DNA of 64,000 nucleotides. Origin: Octopus sinensis. Lineage: Eukaryota. A program made the translations under genes and the position numbers. The stretch is taken from NCBI RefSeq assembly GCF_006345805.1, contig NC_043000.1, positions 72,292,001-72,356,000 on the forward strand, in the 5' to 3' direction. The notes under the pieces were generated by a model that made no database searches, had not been told where the DNA came from, and saw only the letters and a list, made by a program, of their open reading frames with translations. This document shows positions 11,552 to 24,214 of this stretch, one piece after another (within the stretch, counting starts at the first letter, position 1; each line of letters opens with the position of its first letter).

Positions 11552-12904
11552 AATTTGATAAGAGTTATATTTTTATTCAGTGACCAATTTATTTACCAAA
11601 ATATCGTCTGGTTTCCTTTTGCCACAAAATAATATGAAAACTTTAATGTGTGTATTCCATTGAAACAAAAAATATTTATTTCTAGTTATTTAAAACGCAA
11701 TCAATAATTAAAGATAACAGTTGCAATATATTATTTATTGCAAAAAGAACTTGTTTATTGGCATCGTGAAGTATGTTGTCCGTTCCATTGTGTTCCATAT
11801 GTCATTTTCCTCCTATGTCAGAACAATTCAGGTTATAATACTACTTTATTCGCTTAAGGAAAAATTTCCACTTGCAAATAATATTTATTTTTCTTGTAAG
11901 ATATTTTTTTTTCTCGTTAAAGCCGATTTCTGTTTAAATTAAACGATAGAGGGGCAGTTTGATGGCTAAAGTGGTTATCCAAGATTAGGTAAAAACTATT
12001 TTAAGGCTCAGAGCAATAATAACAATATGTTGGAAATTTCTTATCATCATAAAACAACTATAACTGCAAACTATGACACATAAAATTCATACCGTCAGAT
12101 TCTACTTTATCATATCGCTTGAAAACACGTTCATATTCTAGTTTTGCAGAATATGATATTATAGACCTCACAATAGTTTAGAACAATAAGTTTTAGTAAC
12201 ATGTAATCATTATATAACTAGAAAATATTTTAAAATGAACTACTCAATGAAACACGCGATATATGAAAACGTAGCTGTTGCTATTGTGGAGATATTTTAT
12301 TAGATATTAAATAATGATACAGCATTATAAATAAAACACTGCACTGAAAATGTTCATATATCAATAACAATCATCCTTTCACAAATTACTGGGCCTTCAT
12401 AAATTTTTGTAATAAACATGACTACGTAAATACACACACACACACACACAATTTTATTAACGCCGGAAAATCTTCCCAGAGTTTCACGTGACTGTTCGTC
12501 AGTCGTGATACAACAGAATAATTATTCTGCTTTATCGCAACTGTTTGACGAATAATTAAAAAATAGCATTTTGCTCTACCTTTTTGGTATTTCAGTGCTA
12601 TTTCCCCCACCTTGTTTTGTGCTTATGAGCTTGCTTGTGGGTATGACAGATGTCTGGATGTCAATATGTTAATATTTTCCTTTCTTGTTACACTTTTTAG
12701 ATATAGTATAATTATTTGGCAAATGCCAAATACGTTTGAGTGTATAGCTACAGATATATATGTACTTATACAAAATATAAAATTTGGCTTTGCTATCATC
12801 AGGTGTTTCAGAGTTTCATCCCACTGCGCGGTAATTTGGGCAAATATCTTCTAGACCTGTACGGAAACCCATTATGCATGAAACATGAAAAAAGAAAATG
12901 GTTA

Positions 12905-13151
12905 GGTTACCTTCTCAAGTTATGCCGACTCATAAGGGCCGGTTTGCCTGTTTCCATGGCGTGTACATTTTCCACCTAGACGGGAAAACGGTCCGGCGTT
13001 GGATTATACAGTTTTGTTTGCTGGGTGGACTGGAGCAACGTGACAATAAGTGCTTTGCCCAAGAACACAACGTATCACCCGGTCCAAGAATCGAAACCAC
13101 AATCTTATGATCACGAGTCCAACACCTCTAACCACTAAGCTACGCGCCTCC
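12905..13151 (-). mobile_element. SINE family S4 (tRNA-like head; Meta/V-type central motif)
   Basis: Head ggaggcgcgtagcttagtggttag...ggtttcgattc, then gtgttcttgggcaaagcactt...ttgctccagtccaccc. Confidence 0.75.
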
Positions 13152-13319
13152 ACAAACAAGTTGTCAATTGTGGAACACGACTGTCACTACATAAACCTGA
13201 TGATTAGTAACGCATGAAAGTACTAGTTTATTTCAGTATTGTAATATTGTAGAACTGTAAAATTGCAAAACTTGCAAATAATAAAACGTGAAAATCAAAC
13301 TAACTTGGAATTTCATTGA

Positions 13320-13373
<54 letters not shown>

Positions 13374-13487
13374 ATATGTAAAAAAGAAGTTTGAAAACGC
13401 CACTATATTAGATAAATTTTAATTTTCTTAGGAATTTTACGTTTTTCGGTTCTTGAAAAAACGAACCTTATCAAAAATATTTTAAAA

Positions 13488-14020
13488 AGTTAAGTGTAAT
13501 AGAAAAGTTCATAATTGTTTCTTACTGGTCTCAATAGAATCCATGTGGTTGTGTTTTGTCGGTAGTAGGTATAATAGCTATAAATTTCAAGTTGAGTGTA
13601 ATAAAGAAGTTCATAATTGTTTCTTACTGGTTTCAACAGGATCCACGTGGTTGTTTTTTAGCTTTCTTGTGTTCGAATGACCCGCGACTGAAATGGTAGT
13701 AGCAGTAGTGATTGTTGGTCGTAGTAGTAGTAACCATGGTGGTGGTTGGGGTTGCAGCAGCTCATTGGTTGTAGCGGCTTAGCTGTGGCAGTAGTAGCAG
13801 CAGCAGAATGACCAGTGGCTGAAATGGCAGTAGTAACAGTTACTGTTGGTCGTAGTAGTGGTAATCGTGGTGGTGGTTGGGGTTGCAGCAGTTAAGCTGT
13901 GGCCGTAGCAGCAGCAGCAGTAGTGGAGGACTGTTGATCTTAGTAGTAATAGTAGTGACCATGGTGGTTGTAGTAGTAGTAATAGTGAAAGCAGTCGTAG
14001 TGATCGTGGTGGTTGTGGTA
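13488..14020. repeat. Diverged ~100-bp tandem duplication followed by a GTA/GCA/GGT-rich tract with a ~130-bp internal repeat
   Basis: 13488-13558 resembles 13589-13658; gttggtcgtagtagt recurs at ~13714 and ~13846. Confidence 0.7.
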
Positions 14021-14264
14021 GAATTCCATTTTTCTTTTCGGAAGATCAATGTATTGTTTTAATATTCCTGGTCCAGGGTGTTCAAACTTGGTCTAAATTT
14101 TTTAATGAAATAAAGTTCTTTATTTTGGCGTTGAGTGAAGGTTACGCTGTCACTGAATTTGTAAAGTGGGCAAGTTGTAAATTTAGGATTTTTATTTGAA
14201 GCATATATATCTATGTGTCCGCTGACTGGTATTTTCCGGTATTCAGGATTTCTAATTTGGGATT

Positions 14265-14358
<94 letters not shown>

Positions 14359-14439
14359 TACAGCCTTAGCTGTGATAATAGCTATGTAAGATATAAACAC
14401 CTGTTTATAATATACAACATTCTCTCTTATATATATATA

Positions 14440-15004
14440 TATATATATCGGGTCAGCTGGAATGCTTTTCCAATCACAGGTCTTCTTTCAGGATTCCGGA
14501 AAGACGATTCGTCACATCCATGGCTAGCCACTTGTGGCGCCTCAGTAATGAAGGAACCCCATACGATATCAAGTGGAGGATCTTAGAGCGACCGGGATCC
14601 TACATCAACAGGAGCGAATGCTGCAAGCTTTGCATAGCCGAGCTAGCAAGGATACTAAGACACCCTGAAACCTGGATCACTGAACACTCGCCAGACAATT
14701 TACAGTTCCTGCATCTACTTCAAGCGCTACTTGCTGCAAGCATGGAATTCTCCGTTCTCCAGTTAAGCCCAGAAGGGTCCTTACGACCAAAAAGCCGACA
14801 AAAAACTGATCTAAAGGAGATAACCCGTCCTCACTGACCCCGGGCTATTTATTCTCTGATGACCAACTGACCAAATGACCGTAACGGATTCCTGCCTCCT
14901 AGAGGTGAAGAGTTACATTTGTCTTCGGCTTTAGAGTCTGACGAGGCGTCCACGAGGTTAAAGCCTTTGTGAATGCGAAACCATTGGTCACCCTACGACT
15001 GGAC
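14440..15004 (+). mobile_element. Penelope-like element 3' fragment (GIY-YIG C-terminus plus pLTR)
   Basis: ASHLWRLSNEGTPYDIKWRILER..CKLCIAE matches the PLE post-GIY-YIG segment; hammerhead motif downstream. Confidence 0.8.
14921..15004 (+). ncRNA. Type I hammerhead ribozyme with intact core
   Basis: CUGACGA at 14938-14944, stem II 14946-14976, GAAA at 14977-14980, stem III ACC/GGU, GUC site (C14989), stem I tagagt/acccta (5 of 6 pairs). Confidence 0.8.
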
Positions 15005-15115
15005 ATATATAACATACATACAAGACGTGTATATATACAATTATATTCTCTTCAATTATTCTGTCTCCTTCTCTTGTCCTTTTTGTACTTTGCTTACTCT
15101 TCAGCCTTTCTCGTG

Positions 15116-15167
<52 letters not shown>

Positions 15168-16379
15168 TCCTACTCTTGCTCTTACTACCACTTAAATTGT
15201 ATCACCATTTCCTATTATCGAAGATTTTTTTTTCTACTATGTCTGCAATGTAAACAGTCATGAGCAATTTGATAATGTTATTTTGTTTTCTACTTTCTTA
15301 CTTTCAATTCTTTTACTTGTCATTTATAAAGAATACACTCCGAAATGTTTATTGTCGGCATTTTCTTTGAATACATTTTTTATTGTTCTTTTGTTTTACT
15401 TTTTTGTGCTTTCCTACTTCTCAAGTTCCTTGCCTTGTTTCTTTTCTATCAAGATCTCTCTCCCTCTCTTTCTTTCTCTCTAGATATACGTGCGTGTGCG
15501 GGAACTTTTAATCACCGTGGTTTACAAAACGCATGCATTCTGCCTCCCAATTTTCATCCGATTCTATTGGTCTCTTGACTAAAACTCTGAACCAATTTTA
15601 TAGAATCCTTCTCCCCACCGAATTGTTAACCATGATTGTTCTGTAAGCAGTATTCCCATGGATGGAGCCTCTAAATGTATGTTGTACATTCATTTCCATA
15701 CATCACACACTGGGTAATTCTCCTCAAAAACTAAATTACAGGCTCACCACCATGTAGTCATTACATACCAATGTAAAAACACTCCTGGTAACTTCAAACC
15801 ATCAAGATAGCCGACCCTACCTATAGCTAGCCCCCATCAATCTTTGTCTTTCATTATTCATTCTTCCCATCTATCTGTCTCTCTCACTATCCACCTACGA
15901 GGGGTAAATCTCGATCATTGGAAACTTGCCAAGTATATGACTTGCAAGCTTGTACCAAATGCTGTAGAACGACAAACAACACAATATATAAAGTAATCTA
16001 TTGATACTCCACCAGGAAACACAATTTTCAGAACAAAATAATCATGAAGATAAGGCGAATATTTAAGTCCGACATCGAAGCCCAGGATACGATGGGAAAA
16101 TTTAACATTCTGCAGTAATACTGGTGGAATAAAAATGAGAGTTACCGTGCAAACTGAAGAGCCAATATTGTTGACGCATTGGCGAAATGACAAGTCTATT
16201 GAAGTAATTGGTGAATCAACTTTCAATATGATGATTGTTATAACAAGATGCAACAAATCTTTTAAATCACAGAATATGCACAGTTCGTTTCATTAAAAAT
16301 GAATAGTGACATGTCTTTGAAATACCTGGATACATTTACGGAATGCGTTTTACGACTTATAAGTTTTTTTATATCCTAG

Positions 16380-17600
16380 TGTTGGATATATAATTTAACG
16401 AAGCAGGGAAAAGAAAGTATTTACACGATGCAATACGATTACTATTACACCAGACTCAACCCTCTCAATCAATGGATCACAATGAACCGCTTACTAAACA
16501 ATTTCTCACCGTTCTTTATTTTATAACAATATGTCAGTCCACTTTTAGTTAGGGTGGTCGAAATCCTTTCACATCTCCCCTTAACTTCTTATGCTTAGGG
16601 TTGATTTCCAGTGTTTCCGTTCTTTTCCAGTTTCTGGTGCTAGAGCGTGTAGTTTCAAATTGTCTGGGTGTTGGTATCTCAAATTTCCATGGGGATTTCA
16701 TTTCTCGTGATTATTTTTCCGTGAATCTTCTTTAAAGTTGGTTAGTATATCTTTTATATTCGACATTTTCCATTTTTACCAGGAATAACATTCTTCCAAT
16801 TTGTTTCATAATTACACCGTCCTCCCAGTTTTCATTGTAGGCTTAAAAAACTTTGTCACCTAACTTGAGGTATTTTGAAGTATATTTGTTTGCCTTTTTT
16901 CTAGTTTCACTCGGTACCAACTTATCAAAAACAGATCTGATCTTTCTAACAAACATCAATTCTGTGGGTGACATTCCAGATGGGGTATTTGGATTAGGTG
17001 TTACTTGTTACACTCTTAGAAGTTGTTGAAGTGCTAGATCGTCTATTACTTCATTATTCGCCTTTTTTAATGCCTTTTTAATTCGCTTTTTTTAATGTCA
17101 ACAAAACGCACCGCTTGTCCATAGGATGATACGGCGGAGTGGTGACATGTTCAATCACGTACATTTTACAAAATTTTCTGAACTCGTCTGTTGTAAATTG
17201 AGTTCCATTATCAGACACAATAGTATCGGGAATACCATATCTGGCGAACAATTCGTGTGAAAAACTTACTGTAACGCAGATTTCGGCTTTTTACATTTAT
17301 GCACTTCCAGCCACTTTGAAAAACTGTCCACGATAACAAGGTAATATGAACCCTTAAGTGGACCTGCGTAATCAACATACAATCTGGACGGTGGAATATC
17401 TGTTTTGGGACCATGATTGTTATTTAGTGGTAAGTGCTTTTGCAGCTAGGGCACACCCTCTGCGTACTTTCAATAGTTCTTCAATGTCACGGTCTATTGT
17501 TGGGCAATATACATAACTTCTCATTAACGATTTCATTCTCAAAGTCTCTGGGTGACCAATGAGAAATTCCTTTAGTAATCGCTTCTATAGTGTGGCTGAC
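16380..17600 (-). mobile_element. Ty3/Gypsy remnant: integrase, polypurine tract and 3' LTR (16380-16573)
   Basis: KRLLKEFLIGHP..RGCALAAK..VDYAGP..YGIPDTIVSDNGTQF. PPT aagaagttaaggggaga abuts a TG...CA-bounded LTR. Confidence 0.85.
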
Positions 17601-17834
17601 ACTTTCTATTTTTAAACTTGAAACACACCCACAAGAAAATTAAGCAAAAAGATAAAGTACATTTTTGATTATCCTTGGATTTCACCGCGGGTATACTTTC
17701 ATATTTTAAAGCAAAATATTTTAAAGCAAAATACACAAATAGGGAAAGTGAAAGACTATCAATATTTATGCCTGTGTCATTAGAATGCAGACACACACAC
17801 ACACACACACACACTTTGTAAAGGTATATAATTT

Positions 17835-18314
17835 ATCTTTTACATGTTTCAGTCATTGGACTGCTGCCATGCTACGGCACCACATTGAAAGGTTTTAGCG
17901 AAGGAATCGACCTCAGTACTTATTTTTAAAGCCTGGTACTTTTTCTATCAGTCTCTGTTGCCGAAAGGCCAACTTTTGGGGATGTAAACTATATATATAT
18001 ATATATATATATCACGTGATCACGTGACCGACCAGACCATTAGATGTTGTTACACATCGCCGGTCACAATGCGTTCGCATTGTTTTAGCCTTCGAATGAC
18101 GCCACCCCGCTGGCTAAGCGAGCAGGCCATGAGAAGAAAGAGTGGGAGAAAGAGTGGTGAAAGAGTACAGCAGGGATCACCACCTCCTGCCGGAGCCTCG
18201 TGGAGCTTTTAGGTGTTTTCGCTCAATAAACACTCATAACGCCCGGTCTGGGAATCGAAACCGCGATCCTGCGACCGCGAGTCCGCTGCCCTAACCACTA
18301 GGCCATTGCGCCTC

Positions 18315-18350
<36 letters not shown>

Positions 18351-18600
18351 CGCACACACACATAAACATGAGTGTGCGCGTGAGCATGTGTGTGCGCGCG
18401 CGTATGTACGTGTATGCGTGTGTTTGTGAGTGCGCGCCGGGCTTCATCCTTTCAGTAGCCGTCTATCAAATCTATTCATAAGTCTTTGGCCGACTTGGGG
18501 CAATAGTAGAGGACACCTGACCAAGATTCCACGCAGTAGGGGAGGACCTGAAAGCATGTGGTTGAGAAGAAAACTTCTTACCGCACAGCCATGCCTGTGC
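17835..18600 (-). mobile_element. SINE S1 split by a nested S3 SINE
   Basis: S1 tail at 17835-17990 and S1 head at 18430-18600 flank 18011-18316. Confidence 0.75.
18011..18316 (-). mobile_element. SINE family S3 (tRNA-Arg-like head), full length
   Basis: A box tggcctagtgg, loop gactcgcggtc, B box ggtttcgattcc; tail ...ggtcacgtgatcacgtgat. Confidence 0.85.
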
Positions 18601-18602
18601 CT

Positions 18603-18795
18603 ATACATACATACATACATACATACATACATACATACATACATACAGACAGACATGCATACATACATACATACATACATACATGCATACATACATACAT
18701 ACATACATACATACATACATACATACAGACATGCATACATACATACATACATACATACATACATACATACATACATACATACATACATACATACA
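18603..18795. repeat. (CATA)n array
   Basis: Direct inspection. Confidence 0.95.
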
Positions 18796-18804
18796 TTGCA
18801 TTAC

Positions 18805-19590
18805 ATACATGTAGCTAGGACACTGCAAAATGAAATCCGTCGGAAAGATAACTCCGAGGAGAAAGAAATAAGAGCCCACAGTATCGTAGAATGCATAGCC
18901 TCTCATAATAAAAAAGGTGTACTGCTGGAATGTCCCAGTGAAGACCTCAATAAAATGTAATCACAATAGACCTCATATAATGATTTCAGATAAAGAAGAT
19001 AAACTGTGTAGAGCTGTGAAAATTAGCTACCCAGCGGATGTTAACAAAGTTGAAGATCAGTGAAAAAGGGAACAGCTAAGCTGAACTATTTAGAAATTTG
19101 CAGTTACTCTATCCAGATTACAAGTTCAGGTTTATACCTGTAATTATTGGGGCCCTGGGATATGTAAGACACTGCCTAAACACCAATCTTGAGAAATTAG
19201 ACTTCTCAAAACCAGAAAAGAGAAAGCTGATTCGAAGACTACAGATTCAATCCATCACTAGAACTGTAAAAATTTGTAAAACTTACCAGAAGCTTATCAT
19301 TTAAGTATATATGAGCATTTACTTGCATATCTAGATATGCATATCTAGATATACATTTACTTGCATATCTAGATATACATTTACTTGCATATCTAGATAT
19401 GCATATCTAGATATGCAAGTAAATGTATGAGAAGACATGCCTAAAACAAAACATACAAACCTGCATGCAGACATACATACATACAAAAATACCCAGTTGT
19501 TGATGTTGAACTTTCAATGAAGGAGACTTGGATCTGGGTTAGAAACCGGCTCTTTATTGGCAAGAAATTCTGAAATAAAACTGAATGATG
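18805..19590 (+). mobile_element. R4-clade (RLE-type) LINE family a, 3' fragment
   Basis: RLE-region HNRPHIMISDKEDKLC; IPVIIGALGYV; homologous to 36450-36790. Confidence 0.75.
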
Positions 19591-19989
19591 ACATACATGC
19601 ATACATACATATATGCAACAACATTTTGTAAACAAATCTTTGGAAGCATCGAATGTGTTTTGTATTTTATAGACAAGAAAGCAAATTACGAATGCCGTGA
19701 AAACAACAGAAAGAGTAGGTATTTTACCCTTATAAGACAGAAAAAGTTGTCAGCAGACAGCTATGGGAATTAAAATCGTACCTCTCCGATATAGGTTGAG
19801 TACTCTACTATTAAGCTAAACTGCACACTGACAGCAAAATGTTGTTGGATTCCAAAAGCTATTATTTAGCGTTTAATTTGACGCAAATTGCCAAGATACA
19901 TATATGTTTTATGTGTGTGTATGCATATGTGCGTGCGTGTAACCCAAAGACTGTAACCCAAACCTTGCATTTAACGTCAAGTGTGAACT

Positions 19990-21100
19990 GATTAAATCCG
20001 CGAAATCTGAGATCGGGCAGGAGAGAGAGAGAAAATCGGGAAACTGAAATCCAAGAAATTCCTGTCTAAGATCAAGGAACTGGAAGTCTTTGAAAATGAT
20101 GTTTTGGTCATTATGCTCCGCTTGAAAGTCCGTAAGACCTCTAACGCTATCCAACGTAATCTCGCAGCAAATATCAGCAGAGTAAAATCTTCTCGTAGGA
20201 TCCTTCCTTTTTTCTGGTATGACTAAAAACCTAGAGTAAGTAGTGATACATATGTACAGCTACTTAGCAGCAGCATCACACAGACTTACAAGAGGGCTGA
20301 CCCTCAAGCTTATGACAGCTTTAACTATGGAGCCAAAGATATGTTTAAACTAGGTGTAACGGTAGTGTAGAAATACTAACGAAGAAAAAGGCCTCTATTA
20401 CGATCAAACACCAAAAGCCAAATTTTATTCAACCCTCAGTATAGGCTGATTAACTCCGCGAAATCTGAGACCAACAAAAAGAGTGAGATTAGGTAGGTCT
20501 ACACTTGAGATTGAAGAAAAATGTTCGTGTAGAGGTAACGCAAGATGTCATTTTAATGACCACTGTTATTCGGAGGCCCCTGTTATATGAGGCAGAGTTA
20601 ACACCAATGGGCCCAAATGACAACCGAACGTGCAGAAGTATGTGGGAGCGACAGAAAGTCCATTCAGTACTAGATACAAGTACCACAAATCCTCCTTCAA
20701 TATTTCAGAGAGACGAAATGCCAGTGCCATAGACCTGGCCACATACGTATGGTTGTTAAAAGAAAGCACCGTGGAATACTACATAAAGTGTAAAATCTTA
20801 GATAAGTGGAATAGCAGCAGGAATTGGTGATTATGTTTAGCCGTGAAAAAAGCCATATTAAAGAACTCTCAGCACCCAGACATCTATCTAAACTGCAGAA
20901 GTGGAATGTTTAGTGTTGTTCACACGAAAGGGAGTATATGTTATCATGCATGCATGCCTCATCGTGACTATAACCACCGGTTCTCCACCTTCAAAACATA
21001 CACAAACAAATTCACCGGCACCTACGCGCCCTGACATGGGTGGATATCCACTCGCTACTCTTTTTCCGCCTCCACCAATATAAACTCACATACATATAGT
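19990..21100 (+). mobile_element. Internally deleted Penelope-like element
   Basis: N-terminal KIKELEVFENDVLVIMLRLKVRKTSNAIQ; GIY-YIG region KYVGATESPFSTRYKYHKSSF..LATYVWLLKE. Confidence 0.75.
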
Positions 21101-21504
21101 ACCCTTATACATATGCTATAACTATAAAAATACTCTAAAGAATTTAATCAGACATAAACAAAACACATACAAACAACCACTTATGCGCTTATGATTCTTT
21201 TGGGCATTCCATCAGCAACCCTATACACACCTAAAACGCTACATATATAGTACTACTGCACACATTTAAAAACCGACACTTCACCAACCCCTAAACATGT
21301 TTCAAGAAAGCTCATGTACCTCGGCAACACCCATTTGGTCGTTTGGTGCCAAGGGATATAACTCTTAACTTCATACTTCAGTTCCTTTCGTCTTTTATCT
21401 ACAGCAACCACAAGGTGGGTGAATTTTTAGAATTCCAACAACAGAGAGCTATCGCGAAACCGATTGGTAAGATCAGCCGCAATAGATATAACACTGCACG
21501 CTTT

Positions 21505-21543
<39 letters not shown>

Positions 21544-21599
21544 TATACACACACACACACACATACATGCATACATACATGCATGCATGCATGCATACA

Positions 21600-21653
<54 letters not shown>

Positions 21654-21860
21654 AAAAGCAATAAAGATTCAAGTCAATTTAAATGAATTTACTTGAATAT
21701 GGTACCTAACTTAGATGCACCAAAAAAAAACTATACTGTTTTAACAATACAGTAATGTGGGGTGATTATAAGAAGCAACAATGTGGGGCGAGAAAGAAGC
21801 AACAAGAATGGATAGGTTTTTGTACTAAAAACCTATCCATTCTTGTTGCTTCTTTCTCGC

Positions 21861-21940
<80 letters not shown>

Positions 21941-21958
21941 ATATATATACATATATAC

Positions 21959-21993
<35 letters not shown>

Positions 21994-22094
21994 GTTACTT
22001 CAAACATGAACAAAGAGAAAACACAACAACGCGAGGACGTGGAACAAGTATAGTGTTATTGGACGCTCAGAAATATATATACATATATATATAT

Positions 22095-22461
22095 GTATTC
22101 TTTTACTTCTTTCAGTCATTTGAGTGCGGCCATGCTGGAGTACCGTCTTGAAGTATTTTAGTGGAAGAAATCGACACCCAGAACTTATTTTTAAGCTTAG
22201 AATTAGTCTCTTTTGCCAAACCGCTAGTTTACGGGGACTTAATAATACCAACACCGGTTGTCAAGCGGTGATGGGAGGATAAACACAGACACATACACAT
22301 ACACATTTATTTATACGACAGGCTTCTTTCAATTTCCGCCTCAAAAGGCTTTGGTCGCCCCGGAGAAATAGTAGGAAACACTTGCATAAGATGCCACGCA
22401 GTGAGACTGAAGCCGGAACCATGTTATTGTGAAGCAAGCTCCTTACCACACGCCTACGCCT
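22095..22461 (-). mobile_element. SINE S1, near full length
   Basis: Collinear with the reverse complement of 33623-34052. Confidence 0.85.
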
Positions 22462-23583
22462 ATATATATGTATGTATGTATATATATGAGAATATTTATA
22501 TAAACAAACTTCGAAGCACCTAGTGAGTTGGTATTTTATAGAAAATAAAGGAAGTCTCGAACACAAAATAGCTGAGTACAAAGCACTCAACCGGAATTTG
22601 AGAGATACAGGGTTGGACACTGTAAGACCTTGCTAGCCAATTTTTGCCTCATCTAAGGGTATGTACCCAAACTTGTAAGCTGATTTCACAACTATTCTGT
22701 GTTTGAGACTTCCTTTTATTTTCTGTAAAATACACACAAACACACACGCACACACATACACGATGGGATTAATATGGTTTCACTCTACCAAATTCACAAT
22801 TTCGCCTACAAGGTATTGTTCCCATGCCGCGAGACTGAAGCAGAAATCACGTCGTTGGGAAGCAAACTTCTTAACAGCACAATTATGCATGCATGCATGT
22901 ATGTATGTATGTATGTGTGTGTGTGTGTGTGTGTGTTGCGGCAAGAGTCATTGACACCTCTGTGGGATTGGATGAATGGACTAGCTGAACTCTTATAAAG
23001 AGTAGCGTATTCGTTGACGAAGTCGTAGGAGTCGCTGAGAGTTCATGGAAGTCGTTGAGAGTTTGTATTTATTGGAATATCGTGTTTAGTGGAGTATTTT
23101 GCAGTACATTGTGTGAAGACAGTTATGCCTATCCTCGCTTCGTGAAATCTGTATATCCACTATATACAAGTATATAAAAGTGGCCACGAGTTTATTCGAA
23201 GCTTACGCCAGGCGTTAACTTTTTTTTTTTGATACAATAATCAAAGAAAAATTAATTAACATGGAATATTTATTAGCCTCCGTGGTGCATCTGCAAGAGC
23301 AACAGCAGCAACAGTTATAGCAACAATGAAAACAACAACACCAATACCAACAGTTGCTGGAATTAATGTTGAAGTTCAAAAATACTTCAGGTTTGTTCTC
23401 GCCAGACGGCAATTGCAGAATTTAGTTATAACCCAGAAGGTATTACTTTTTCTGCATATTTCCGAAGATATGAAGAAATCTTCAAAGAGGAATGCAAAAA
23501 TTGGACGGACAATGAAAAGGTACGACTACTTTTAAGAAAATTATCCCCTGCCGAACACGAAAAATATTGTAACTACATTCTGC

Positions 23584-24214
23584 GGAGCTTTTCCTTTTGA
23601 ACGGGTCATGTCAACACAATTTCTAGTCAACTAAACACTTTAAAACTTCGTATACTGGTAGAATGTGTCAAAATAAAACATTTTTTTCTCTTGGCTTTCT
23701 TGATAAAATTGTAATTCGTTTGTTTAACGTAGTTTAATTTTTCGAATTTTAACCAATGAATCACCTCTAATTGAGCTAAAATCATTTGCTGCGTCTAAAA
23801 CTGGGACAACATTCAGTCACTAACCCTAACCCTCACCCTAAATTTTAGCCTTTCGTTTTTTTTCTTCTTAATTGTTAAATTAACTTAAGGATAAGAATTA
23901 AGAAAAAAACGAAAGGCTAAAACGAAAGCAATGGAAAATAAAATTTAGGGTTAGGGTTAGGGTGAGGGTTAGGGTTAGTGACAGGATGTTGTCTCAGTTT
24001 TAGATGCAGCAAATGATTTTAGCTCACTAGAGGCGATTCATTGGTTAAAATTCGAAAAATTAAACTACGTTAAACAAACAAATTACAATTTTCTCAAGAA
24101 AGCCAAGAGAAAAAAAATGTTTTATTTTGACACATTCTACCAGTATATGAAGTTTTAAAGTGTTTAGTTAACTAGAAATTGTGTTGAAAACTGCCGTTCA
24201 AAAGGAAAGGATCC
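23584..24214. mobile_element. 631-bp foldback MITE with 8-bp TSD (CATTCTGC), GG termini and internal telomeric repeats; Merlin-like
   Basis: TSD at 23576-23583 and 24215-24222. Arms are inverted along almost their whole length. Removing it restores gag YILPK. Confidence 0.88.

Noticed and set aside
13070-13151. tRNA-like sequences (also 18240-18316, 39823-39890, 41285-41372)
   Set aside because: They continue into SINE bodies and lack a clean cloverleaf; they are SINE heads, not tRNA genes.
15915-16256. 113-aa minus-strand ORF in otherwise unassigned sequence
   Set aside because: No recognisable motif or splice context; cannot be supported without a homology search.
21440-21485. GAAAC-CGATT-GGTA hammerhead-like half (also a lone CTGATGAAGGCTC on the minus strand at ~39380)
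   Set aside because: The other half of the catalytic core is missing.
23820-23978. Telomeric repeats as evidence of a chromosome end or fusion
   Set aside because: Only 3-5 units, symmetrically placed inside a TSD-flanked MITE.
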